NCBI GenBank assembly: GCA_021819985.1
Contig: JAKAEG010000001.1
Span: forward strand, 1 to 29,204
Length of the DNA stretch: 29,204 bases
Source of the DNA: Nitrospirota bacterium
GTDB taxonomy: Bacteria > Nitrospirota > Thermodesulfovibrionia > Thermodesulfovibrionales > JdFR-88
Reading direction: 5' to 3'
The position numbers and the translations under genes were made by a program. Positions within the stretch are counted from its first letter, which is position 1, and each line of letters begins with the position of its first letter. Under the pieces are notes generated by a model. That model had not been told where the DNA came from. It did no database searches and saw only the letters and a program-made list of their open reading frames with translations. Positions 1-8,628 of the stretch are shown here, piece by piece.

Positions 1-1
1 G

Positions 2-508
2 CAAAGGCCGCCGGCCGAAGTCAATCTTCTTATGAAATTCCTGGAATTCTTTCTCCGCGATGAGATGTACGAGTTCAAGAAACTGGACATTTCTTTCCGG
101 GCGATCGGGGATTTAAGCAAACTGCCCGAAATCGTGCGCAGGATGGTGGCGCAGGCCGAGGATTTGACAGCCGGCTGTAAAGGAATGGCTCTCACCATCG
201 CCATCAGTTATGGCGGCAAGGATGAGATATTGCGGGCGGTGAAGAAAGCGATTGCGTTCGGCAGTGAGCCAAACATGATAAACGAAGAGGCTTTCTCAGG
301 ATTTCTGGACACTGCAGGACTACCGGAGCCGGACCTCATCATAAGGACATCAGGCGAAAAAAGGACCAGCAACTTTCTTGTCTGGCAGTCGGCGCATACG
401 CAGTTTTACTTTACGGACACGCTATGGCCGGATTTCGGCAGAGAGCAACTCCTCCAGGCGCTCGGGAATTATCGGGTGCGAGCTAAGAGTTTTGGGGCGA
501 AGATATGA
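2..508 (+). CDS. uppS: Isoprenyl transferase (undecaprenyl diphosphate synthase family), 5' end outside window
   Basis: Motifs AISYGGKDEI, PDLIIRTSGEKRTSNFLVWQ, WPDF; frame stays open to the window edge (QRPPAEVNLLM, matching the RPxxEVxxLM motif). Confidence 0.92.
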   Translation, partial: QRPPAEVNLLMKFLEFFLRDEMYEFKKLDISFRAIGDLSKLPEIVRRMVAQAEDLTAGCKGMALTIAISYGGKDEILRAVKKAIAFGSEPNMINEEAFSGFLDTAGLPEPDLIIRTSGEKRTSNFLVWQSAHTQFYFTDTLWPDFGREQLLQALGNYRVRAKSFGAKI

Positions 509-545
509 CCTTGAAAGACAGTTAAAAATAAAGAAAGTTTGCATA

Positions 546-866
546 TCAGCTTAACGCTTTTTCCAGAAAGTCCAAACAGAGGTTCAATGTCTTTACGTCG
601 GCGTCTTTCAGCAAAGAATCAAGCGCTTTTCTTACCGCCTTCTCGGACTGGACTTCATATGGAAAGAGAAATATCTCGTAAAGCTCTATTTCAAGGCCTT
701 TGGCGATCTTGTCCAGAGTTTTGATAGTCACATTTTTCTGGCCGCTTTCAACCGCGCTTATATACTTTGCATTGATGCCGGTTTTTTCTTCTAATTGCTC
801 CTGCGTAATTCCTCTTTTTTCTCTGATCCGTTGTATTTTTTTCCCGACGCCTACAAGTAGGCTCAT
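546..866 (-). CDS. XRE-family HTH regulator (C-protein-like)
   Basis: REKRGITQEQLEEKTGINAKYISAVESGQKNVTIKTLDKIAKGL; SD AAGGAG upstream. Confidence 0.9.
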   Translation of the reverse strand: MSLLVGVGKKIQRIREKRGITQEQLEEKTGINAKYISAVESGQKNVTIKTLDKIAKGLEIELYEIFLFPYEVQSEKAVRKALDSLLKDADVKTLNLCLDFLEKALS

Positions 867-991
867 AAAACCCTTATCTCCTTTTTGGAAAAGGATAACA
901 AGGAGAGTCCCGGAAATAGTACATCTTAAAAAGCGAAAAAATAGTCGAAAGTAATCTATATGTTGATTTAACTCAACTTTTATATTAATAT

Positions 992-1019
992 TTGACTAGA
1001 AGTTAATGTTTTTTATAAA
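992..1019 (+). promoter_or_regulatory. Sigma70-like promoter TTGACT-N16-TATAAA with inverted repeat TTGACT-AGA-AGTTAA (992-1006) over the -35
   Basis: Read directly; 5/6 bp inverted repeat with 3-nt spacer; same geometry recurs at 8880-8907. Confidence 0.55.
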
Positions 1020-1035
1020 ATCCGATAAGGGAAAT

Positions 1036-1467
1036 ATGTATATCTGCCGGAAGCATATCCTGCTCGTAGATGATGAAGAGCTGTTTCTGAAAAGCCTAAT
1101 AGAAGGATTAGAGTCCAACTGTGGCGGTTTCGAAATACTTACGGCTGAAAATGGCAAAAAGGCCGTTGAGGTATTCAGGAGCGGCCTCAAGATAGACCTG
1201 ATGGTCACCGATCTAAGTATGCCGGAGATGAACGGATTCGAACTACTGGCCTTTGTAAAAAAGAATTTCCCGGCAACCCCGGCGTTGGTGCTTACCGGAG
1301 CGGTTACGCCCGAAATTGAAGAGCATCTCAAGTCAATTGGAGATTATGATTGCATCGAGAAAACCATCGAGTTCGACAATCTTTGGAAAAGGGTCATTAG
1401 CAGGCTGGATCTTCCATCTGCACACCCGGTTTTTTTTCATAAAGCAATTGACAATAGAATTCATTAA
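1036..1467 (+). CDS. Stand-alone response regulator receiver (REC) protein
   Basis: ILLVDD, VTDLSMP (phospho-Asp), VLTG, IEK; no output domain; start moved to ATG 1036 behind AAGGG and the promoter. Confidence 0.88.
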   Translation: MYICRKHILLVDDEELFLKSLIEGLESNCGGFEILTAENGKKAVEVFRSGLKIDLMVTDLSMPEMNGFELLAFVKKNFPATPALVLTGAVTPEIEEHLKSIGDYDCIEKTIEFDNLWKRVISRLDLPSAHPVFFHKAIDNRIH

Positions 1468-1624
1468 AAGGGTCTCTCCCAATTGAGTGGAAAAGATGCA
1501 TTGTAAGATGTCGGCAAGTGGAGGAATGCCACGCTTTTTCAAAGCGGACAAGCCTCATTATTAATCTTTACTTTATTTTTTTTCTAAAATGAAAAAACTT
1601 TTGTAAGGACAGTTTTAGTAGAAC

Positions 1625-2590
1625 TTGGACAATTTCGTATCTGACAGCAACATTGCTATTGCCATCCTCGATTGTATCGGCGACGCCATTAGCATCCAGG
1701 ACACTGACTTCCGAATATTGTTTCAAAATCGGATGCACAAGAACTGGATTGGAGACCATACCGGCAAGCATTGCTACAAGGCGTTCCACGGGAGAGAGTC
1801 AGTATGTGAAGGCTGTCCTGTGGCCATGGTGTTCAAAGATGGTAAGCCGCATCGCTCAGTGCGCAGGAACTTTACGGACAAAGGGCCAAGATACGTTGAA
1901 ATCATTGCCTCCCCCTTAAAATTAAAAAACTCCAACGGGGATGATATAACAGCCGGCGTTGAGGTTGCCAGAGATATGACTGAGCGTGTGGCCGCCGAGA
2001 TACAAAGAGATGATTCACGAAGAATGCTGGAGGACGTGGCCCACGGGATTTCCGAAAGCATCCTTTTGCTTACAAAAGACTGGAAAATCCTTTGGGCCAA
2101 TGATGCGGCAAAAAAACTGGCGGGCCAAAACATAATAGGGCAGTTTTGCTATAAGGCCACTCACCGAAGTGAAGCACCCTGCAACACTTTGGACGAACCC
2201 TGCCCCTTAAGCGGCATGAAATCATATGAAGAGCCAAAATTTGTGGAGCACCTTCATTATGATGAAAACGGGGACAAGATTTTCGTGGAGGTCTCAGCCT
2301 ATCCAATAAGGAACGAAGCCGGGGAAGTGGACAGGTTCGTCCATATATCCAGGGACATTACGGAGCGCAAACGGACCGAAGCGGAAAGGGAGCATCTCAT
2401 TAAAGAGCTCGGTATAGCGCTGGCCAATGTCAGGCAGTTGACCGGTCTTCTGCCCATTTGCATGCACTGCAAGAAAATACGGGACGACAAGGGCTACTGG
2501 AACCAGATCGAGGCTTATATCAGCGAGCACACGGAAGCCGAGTTCAGCCATGGTTTGTGTCCGGAATGCAGAAAGAAGTATTACCCGTAA
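1625..2590 (+). CDS. PAS-PAS sensor protein with C-terminal Cys/His (CxxCKKIR...HGxCPxC) domain
   Basis: Two PAS/PAC repeats (EIIASP...VEVARDMTER; EVSAYP...VHISRDITERK), coiled coil, then LPICMHCKKIRDDKGYWNQIEAYISEHTEAEFSHGLCPEC; TTG start uncertain. Confidence 0.85.
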   Translation: MDNFVSDSNIAIAILDCIGDAISIQDTDFRILFQNRMHKNWIGDHTGKHCYKAFHGRESVCEGCPVAMVFKDGKPHRSVRRNFTDKGPRYVEIIASPLKLKNSNGDDITAGVEVARDMTERVAAEIQRDDSRRMLEDVAHGISESILLLTKDWKILWANDAAKKLAGQNIIGQFCYKATHRSEAPCNTLDEPCPLSGMKSYEEPKFVEHLHYDENGDKIFVEVSAYPIRNEAGEVDRFVHISRDITERKRTEAEREHLIKELGIALANVRQLTGLLPICMHCKKIRDDKGYWNQIEAYISEHTEAEFSHGLCPECRKKYYP

Positions 2591-2591
2591 A

Positions 2592-2717
2592 AAATGGGAA
2601 AAAGAAAGAATCTGCAATGGGCTCGCGATTTACGACAAGGAGAAGGATTTTAAAAAAGTGTTTGAGGAGGCGGATGCGCAGATGTACACAAAAAAACAGA
2701 ATAAGAAGCAAAGTTGA
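2592..2717 (+). pseudogene. Relic of a GGDEF domain C-terminus
   Basis: Frame reads GLAIYDKEKDFKKVFEEADAQMYTKKQNKKQS*, like the GGDEF tail SxGxAxY...ADxxMYxxK; stop is 2 nt before the next ATG. Confidence 0.55.
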
Positions 2718-2719
2718 TT

Positions 2720-4666
2720 ATGGATAAGAAAAGTTCATCAGGACTTGGGAAAAACAGGCTTTATGCGGCTGCCGCCGGAATGTCCAGAAGTTTCTTCGAG
2801 TACGTCACTTTTGTCCGCCAGCCATTAAAGAAAAAATTTACCCTGTTTAGCGCGGGGGTCCTTTTCTGGATTCTCGTCATATCTTCAATCAGCATTTCCG
2901 CACTTGTCTGTCTGGGACGTGAATCCGGCGGGACACTTCAATACTTCATACCCCAGGACCGTGCCGCTCAACTGATAATAATGGATATCCAGGACCTGAG
3001 AGTTGATGGTTACAGACTGGAAAGAGCCCCTAGCATGCAATCGATCATGAGGATTAATGGAGAATCCACCTCCGGAATCAAGGACATAGGCCAGGTGCTC
3101 TACGCGATGGGGCATGGCGGCTCCGTTAACGATTTCAACGCGGAAGACGATTTGGTCAGCCGCTTCTCCATCGAGGCCGCGCGCGGGCCTGGCAAGGCGT
3201 TTGTCAAGAACATGTCTGGGCTTATGTATGGCATCAAGGCCGGGCTGGGCAATATTTCCGGCATAAAGCTGAAAACATTGAATTCAAAGGCGGGCACGGG
3301 CCGGCTTGAAAAAGCACTGGCGGTTTACGATGCGTCTATTTCAAAGGCCATTGCCCTGGCGGGTGAATATTCGCGCAAGATATCCGCCGATTACTCCGCT
3401 GATCCAAGGAATATAAGGACGTACACTTCCTTTGCCCTCCTGGTTCTGTCGGTCGCCATATTGATGTCAATATTGCTACTAATCGTATTTACCACCGCGA
3501 TCTCAAACGCAGTCATAAACCCGGTAAAAACCGTGACCGGGCAGATCCAATCCTTAAGTAGAGGGTACATAGATATCTCCAAGCGCATTGAAACCGTCTC
3601 TCAGGATGAAATCGGCCGATTGGCCATTGACTTTAATGCCCTTATGGAAACAATGGACAGCATAACCAAATTCAAGAAGGCGATTGAGGAAGACGACGAC
3701 CTGGCGGATGTCTACTCCCGCCTTGGCGCGGAGTTCAAATATTACGGCTTCGACGGGTTCACTATTTATGAGGTGGCCAACAGCCAGAACAAGATGAAGC
3801 CAGTCTATCCCCTGGCGCACTCGGGCGCTGAAATTTCATGTAACCCGGAAATACTCGAAAACTGTTTCTTGTGCAGGGCAAAAAAAACGGGGCACGTGGT
3901 GTCCTCCATCGAATATACGGGCATATGCAAGTATTTTTTGCAAGGGGCGGAAATGGACCACATATGCGTCCCCATGATGGTCGGCGGCTCCGCCGGCGGA
4001 GTGGTGCAGTTTTTGGCAGAAAAATCCGGTATGAATGCACTTCATAAGGAGGCCATTCAGGGCTGGTTGAACGCGGCGCGCCGGTACATGGAGGAGTCCA
4101 TTCCGGTAATAGAGACTAAGAGACTTATGGCCACACTGAAGGAATCGGCTCTGAAAGACGCGCTGACCGGGCTCCATAACAGGCGTTTTCTTCAGGAATG
4201 CGCCGAGAGCCTGGTTGCAGGCGCTCTGAGGCGGGGCAAGCATATCGGGCTTATCATGGGTGATATCGACTTCTTCAAACAGGTCAATGACATCTACGGC
4301 CATAACACCGGCGACTCGCTACTCAAGGAGACGGCGGAAATACTCAAGAAGAGCGTCCGCGCAGCCGATCTGGTCATCCGGTTCGGTGGAGAGGAGTTCC
4401 TGATAGTCCTTATGGACGTCTCCGAAGGCGAATCTGCCGGGATAGCGGAAAAAATAAGAGAAAAAATGGAGGCCAATAAATTCAAGGTGGCCGACGGGAC
4501 GCTTAAAAAGACGATCAGCCTGGGCATTAGCGAGTTTCCGCTTGATGCGGAGAGCTTATGGCACTGCATCAAATTCGCCGATGTGGCACTCTATGAGGCC
4601 AAAAATAGCGGCAGGAACAGGTGTGTGCGGTTCGCCAGGGAGATGTGGAAAGATGAGCAGTTTTAA
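2720..4666 (+). CDS. Membrane-bound diguanylate cyclase (2 TM, HAMP, GAF-like, GGDEF)
   Basis: TM segments, HAMP (SQDEIGRLAIDFN), DALTGLHNRR, DIDFFKQVNDIYGH, RAADLVIRFGGEEF (RxxD I-site and GGEEF intact). Confidence 0.93.
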   Translation: MDKKSSSGLGKNRLYAAAAGMSRSFFEYVTFVRQPLKKKFTLFSAGVLFWILVISSISISALVCLGRESGGTLQYFIPQDRAAQLIIMDIQDLRVDGYRLERAPSMQSIMRINGESTSGIKDIGQVLYAMGHGGSVNDFNAEDDLVSRFSIEAARGPGKAFVKNMSGLMYGIKAGLGNISGIKLKTLNSKAGTGRLEKALAVYDASISKAIALAGEYSRKISADYSADPRNIRTYTSFALLVLSVAILMSILLLIVFTTAISNAVINPVKTVTGQIQSLSRGYIDISKRIETVSQDEIGRLAIDFNALMETMDSITKFKKAIEEDDDLADVYSRLGAEFKYYGFDGFTIYEVANSQNKMKPVYPLAHSGAEISCNPEILENCFLCRAKKTGHVVSSIEYTGICKYFLQGAEMDHICVPMMVGGSAGGVVQFLAEKSGMNALHKEAIQGWLNAARRYMEESIPVIETKRLMATLKESALKDALTGLHNRRFLQECAESLVAGALRRGKHIGLIMGDIDFFKQVNDIYGHNTGDSLLKETAEILKKSVRAADLVIRFGGEEFLIVLMDVSEGESAGIAEKIREKMEANKFKVADGTLKKTISLGISEFPLDAESLWHCIKFADVALYEAKNSGRNRCVRFAREMWKDEQF

Positions 4667-4750
4667 TTGAAGGCTGCAATCTATATTCCCTTCATTGTCC
4701 CCGATTCCACACTCAAGCTGCGCCAAAGCATGGTTTTTGAACGACGAGGA

Positions 4751-6358
4751 TTATTTTAAAAAATTGACAAAATCCTCTGCCGGCAAAGGACGGCTGAAGA
4801 AAAAACCCTGAACCGCATCGCACTTGTGCTCCTGAAAGAAATTAAGCTGCCTCTCGTTCTCCACGCCCTCGACAATGACTTTTAAATTAAGGCTTTGGGC
4901 CATTGCGATAATGGTTTTCACGATCACTTCGTCATTGTAGCTTGAAAACATGTTCTTGGTAAATGAAATGTCTATCTTCAAGGCGTCAAGCGGGAGCTTT
5001 CTCAAATAGCTGAGCGATGAATACCCGGTTCCGAAATCATCGACTGTGATCTTCACCCCTGCGGCTTTCAGTTCCTCCAAAACAAGGATGGCCCCCTCCG
5101 GATCTTTCATTATTGTGCCTTCAGTGACCTCGATTTCGAGGTAATGCGGCTCAAGCCCGGTATCGCTCAAGGTCTTGAAGATTACTTCTGTAAGGTCCTT
5201 CTGATCGAACTGCCGGCCCGATATGTTCACGGCCACGCTCACTGCCTCAAGACCGGCATCCTGCCACTTTTTATTCTGCAAACAGGCCTCTTGCAATACA
5301 AATTTTCCGATCGGCACGATAAGGCCGCTTGCCTCGGCCAGCGGGATAAATTCCAAAGGCATCGTCAGCCCGGAGGCGGGGTGCCTCCACCGCAGAAGGG
5401 CCTCCATCCCTGCGGTCTTTCCCGTCTTTAAATCAATTTTTGGCTGGTAATAAATCAGGAATTCGTTCCGTTCCAGGGCCTTATGCAAGTCATTTTCCAT
5501 CGTCAGCCTCTTGAGGGCAGCGTCGTTCATGGATTGTGCGTAATATTGAAAGTTGTTCTTCCCATTGCGCTTTGCGCAATACATTGCAGAAACGGCATTT
5601 TCTATTAGACCTTCCGCATCCTGACCATCACTTGGATAGACCGAAATGCCAATGCCGGCAGTTAAAAATATTTCCCGGTTTTTAAGTTTGAAGGGCTCAG
5701 ATAATCTTGTCAGGATGCGGTCCGCTACAAGACCTGCATCCTGAAGGGATGAGAGCCCCTTGAGCAAAACGGCAAACTCGTCTTCCCCGGTCCGGGCGAT
5801 TTCTTCGGTTGCTTCATCCGACATCCTGGCAATATCGTCACTGGTTCTTATAGTCCCCACCAGCCTGCTCGAAACGTCTTGCAATAGCTTATTGCCAGCG
5901 TCATGCCCGAGGGTGTCGCATATCCGTTCGAACTCGTCAAGGTCAACATAGGCAATGGCGATTTTTTGGTTATAACGCTTTGCGTACTCGATTGTCTTGT
6001 CTAAAAGTTCTTTAAAGAAATCCCTGTTGGGTAGCCCGGTGAGGCTGTCGTGATAGGCAAGAAAATGAAGACGATCTTCCGCCTTCTTGCGCTCCTCAAT
6101 AATTTTTAAAGGGTTTACGACCCAGTGAACTATCAGACACGATGCAACGCCGCCCAGGACCAAAATGCCGGCAAGATCGACCATGAGCGAAGGCAACCAT
6201 TTTTCAACACCAACGAGGTTAAATGTCACCATGATGAGCAATTCAGTCGCGACAATGCTGACAAGCAGTCTGAGACCGATGCCGATTGCGCTATTTTTGC
6301 CAAAAATCTTTGCCACGTCAAGATTCGCCATGCCCCGATGCTTTCCAAAGCGCCGCAT
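4751..6358 (-). CDS. GGDEF-EAL protein, likely c-di-GMP phosphodiesterase with degenerate GGDEF
   Basis: 2 TM; HDSLTGLPNR; RTGEDEF instead of GGDEF; EALLRW, DDFGTGYSS, EGVE, QG intact; start could be 6331. Confidence 0.92.
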   Translation of the reverse strand: MRRFGKHRGMANLDVAKIFGKNSAIGIGLRLLVSIVATELLIMVTFNLVGVEKWLPSLMVDLAGILVLGGVASCLIVHWVVNPLKIIEERKKAEDRLHFLAYHDSLTGLPNRDFFKELLDKTIEYAKRYNQKIAIAYVDLDEFERICDTLGHDAGNKLLQDVSSRLVGTIRTSDDIARMSDEATEEIARTGEDEFAVLLKGLSSLQDAGLVADRILTRLSEPFKLKNREIFLTAGIGISVYPSDGQDAEGLIENAVSAMYCAKRNGKNNFQYYAQSMNDAALKRLTMENDLHKALERNEFLIYYQPKIDLKTGKTAGMEALLRWRHPASGLTMPLEFIPLAEASGLIVPIGKFVLQEACLQNKKWQDAGLEAVSVAVNISGRQFDQKDLTEVIFKTLSDTGLEPHYLEIEVTEGTIMKDPEGAILVLEELKAAGVKITVDDFGTGYSSLSYLRKLPLDALKIDISFTKNMFSSYNDEVIVKTIIAMAQSLNLKVIVEGVENERQLNFFQEHKCDAVQGFFFSRPLPAEDFVNFLK

Positions 6359-6697
6359 GTAGCATTATAACTTTTAATAATCTCACGTTTTCAAGAGATA
6401 TGTAAAAAGATTCTCCAAAGTTTCATGTCGCGGTAATTTTTTCGTGGATGGTGCATTTTGAGTTACCCCTAGGATTATGGAACGGGGCTATGGAAATGTA
6501 GAAAAATTTTCGAAACGGAGCTATACTCCTTTCATAAAATCGGGGAAGTTGGCACTTTTGTCTTGGAGATGCATTCCAGGGTCGACGGAACAAGTTAGGA
6601 AAATGTGATTATTTTGCGGATTTATAAAAGAAAGGAAAATCCACTCGTGAAAAAAGAACCTGCGAAGGGCAAAGTCACAAAAAAAGAGGAAATGAGC

Positions 6698-7012
6698 ATG
6701 AACGTTCCGAGGATGAAAAAGCAATATTTGAAAAACCGTCCTAATTGTAAAGTGACATTCTGTTTATGCAAGGAAGCAGTGCGAGATGCCAGCAAGGTGA
6801 CTGTCGTGGGCGATTTTAACGGATGGGACGAGAACGCAACCCCACTGAAAAAACAGAAGGATGGCGGATTTTCTGTCACAGTGGAGATAGAGTGCGGAAA
6901 AGAATACCGGTTTCGCTATCTCATAGACGGCCAGCGATGGGAGAACGACTGGAACGCGGACAGATACTCCGCCAATCCTTTCGGCAATGAAGACTCCGTT
7001 GTCATGGCTTGA
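6698..7012 (+). CDS. Isoamylase early-set / CBM48 (glycogen-binding) domain protein
   Basis: KVTF, VTVVGDFNGW, LKKQKDGGFSVTVEI, YRFRYLIDG, NPFG; SD AGAGGA precedes ATG 6698. Confidence 0.85.
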   Translation: MNVPRMKKQYLKNRPNCKVTFCLCKEAVRDASKVTVVGDFNGWDENATPLKKQKDGGFSVTVEIECGKEYRFRYLIDGQRWENDWNADRYSANPFGNEDSVVMA

Positions 7013-7193
7013 TAGATGAATTGAAGTGTAAACTTTTTGCAGGTGGCACTGATACAGCTACGGTCAATATCTGTCCAATATAAAGCAATCCTGCGTAGCA
7101 GCTCTCGGACGGCTGCTCTTCATAAATGCAAAAGACTCAAAACGGATATATGTTCAGCTATACAATAATAGTTCTCGTATGAAATCTGAGGCA

Positions 7194-7685
7194 TCAAGCC
7201 CGATAGGCGTACAATGCGCCGGTGATCAAAAGCACGGCCAGACCGAAAAGGAAATTAACCTTCACCAGGTTTAAAGACAGTTTTTGAAGGGAGCCGATTT
7301 TTTCAGGGTATGTGCCTTCCGCCGTCAACTTTGCGATCTTTGGGGTAAGGATTAATCCCCTGTAGAAGTGAATGCCTGCCATGATCAACACCAGAAAAAT
7401 TTTTGCCAATAAAGCTCGTGACCACGGGCTATCAAGAGAGGCTATTTCAGAAAAACTGTGCGCCGAGATACTCATAAAAATGCCGGTAACGAAAAGCAGC
7501 AGGATGCTGAGATTTGCCCAGGGCGTAAAACGCTTGCCCAATACGCCCATGAGCTTGCCCGGTTGCTCAAGATTTTTTTTTGCAGCGGGAATAGCAATGA
7601 ATAATATGAAAAATATGCCGCCTATCCATACCACTGCAGCAAATATATGTACCGCCGCACCGATGCTTAGCAAGATTTCACGCAT
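7194..7685 (-). CDS. CopD/DUF4149-like 4-TM membrane protein
   Basis: HIFAAVVWIGG motif, RF...TG, AKIFLV, four hydrophobic helices. Confidence 0.75.
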   Translation of the reverse strand: MREILLSIGAAVHIFAAVVWIGGIFFILFIAIPAAKKNLEQPGKLMGVLGKRFTPWANLSILLLFVTGIFMSISAHSFSEIASLDSPWSRALLAKIFLVLIMAGIHFYRGLILTPKIAKLTAEGTYPEKIGSLQKLSLNLVKVNFLFGLAVLLITGALYAYRA

Positions 7686-7746
7686 TTCATACCTCCGCAG
7701 CCAATTTAGAATAGAGGGGAAGGCGGTCCCTTCCCCTCTGCCGGCA

Positions 7747-8040
7747 TTATTTCTTTACAGGCGGCACACAGCCGCATCCGCATCCACAACCCGACTTCTC
7801 CTGGGTTGCCTTGCCCGTTTCACTTTTCTCCACGTCCTTTTTTGTCTCAGACACTTTTCTCACCTCCCTTCCCGGCATACCGGCCGATTTTATTTTTTTG
7901 TTCACCAGCCCCAATTCAGATTCCAAACGTCCCCTGTGCTGTCTCAGCAGTTTGAGCAATTCGTCCCTGCTCAGAAGAATATTTCCACCCGCGCAACTGC
8001 AGGCGGCCCTGCTATTTCCTTTTATTTCTTCCTGGCACAT
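7747..8040 (-). CDS. Small Cys-rich coiled-coil protein (metallothionein-like CGCGCGC tail)
   Basis: CSCAGG, RLESELGLVNKKIKS, C-terminal CGCGCGC; shares a module with the adjacent ArsR tail; no clear SD. Confidence 0.65.
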   Translation of the reverse strand: MCQEEIKGNSRAACSCAGGNILLSRDELLKLLRQHRGRLESELGLVNKKIKSAGMPGREVRKVSETKKDVEKSETGKATQEKSGCGCGCGCVPPVKK

Positions 8041-8084
8041 GATTAGATTATTAGCATATTCTTATTTAAATTAGAAAAAAATAT

Positions 8085-8489
8085 TTACCGATTCCTTTCA
8101 AGCGAGGCGATTTTCTTTTCCACCTCTTTGAGTTCCCTTTCAAGCCGTTTTTTATATTCCAGGAGAGCGGTCCTGCCGTCCCCAGTCCCCTTTTCCACGC
8201 GAGGTTTGCAGCTACCCGCGCAGCCGCACGTGCATACCTTTATCAATTCCTTCTGACAATCGTCAAGCTTGTCCTCATTCAGAGAGTAATAGATGTGATA
8301 GCCCTTCCTCTCGTCCGCCACCAGGCCGGCCTGTTTCAGAATCCGGAGATGCTGCGACACTGCCGACTGGCTTATGCCCAAAGACTCAGTGATAGCGTTT
8401 ACGGCAAGCGGGCCGCCCTTTAGCAGCTCTATGATCTTTATTCTCGTATCGACCGAGAAAACCTTAAACGATTCAGCTTCGACTTTCAC
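8085..8489 (-). CDS. ArsR/SmtB-family repressor with C-terminal Cys cluster and coiled coil
   Basis: DTRIKIIELLK, SQSAVSQHLRILKQAGLV, YYSLN; tail CTCGCAGSC...RLERELKEVEKKIAS; SD GGAG 7 nt before GTG. Confidence 0.92.
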   Translation of the reverse strand: MKVEAESFKVFSVDTRIKIIELLKGGPLAVNAITESLGISQSAVSQHLRILKQAGLVADERKGYHIYYSLNEDKLDDCQKELIKVCTCGCAGSCKPRVEKGTGDGRTALLEYKKRLERELKEVEKKIASLERNR

Positions 8490-8500
8490 GCTTTATCTCC

Positions 8501-8549
8501 ATAAGTAATCGCTAATATACTTATACATTATTTGATTGCAGATTGTCAA
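8501..8549 (-). promoter_or_regulatory. ArsR operon promoter TTGACA-N18-TATAAG with operator ATAAGTA-N10-TACTTAT (8501-8524)
   Basis: Perfect 7-bp inverted repeat overlapping the -10 and predicted start site, as expected for ArsR autorepression. Confidence 0.65.
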
Positions 8550-8581
8550 ATGAATTTATACGAAATGAATTTATACGAAAT
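8548..8581. repeat. Tandem 15-bp duplication AAATGAATTTATACG x2 (+AAAT)
   Basis: Exact copies at 8548-8562 and 8563-8577. Confidence 0.9.
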
Positions 8582-8628
8582 TACGGAAATTTGTATAGGA
8601 ATACTTATTGGCAAGAATCTGGATTATC

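Noticed and set aside
1400-1580. Possible frameshifted DUF4388 tail after the first receiver, and a 12-aa mini-ORF at 1527
   Set aside because: Similarity too weak to call by eye; the mini-ORF SD abuts the ATG
6550-6565. TGGCAC sigma54-like -24 element
   Set aside because: No TTGC at -12 (GTCT instead)
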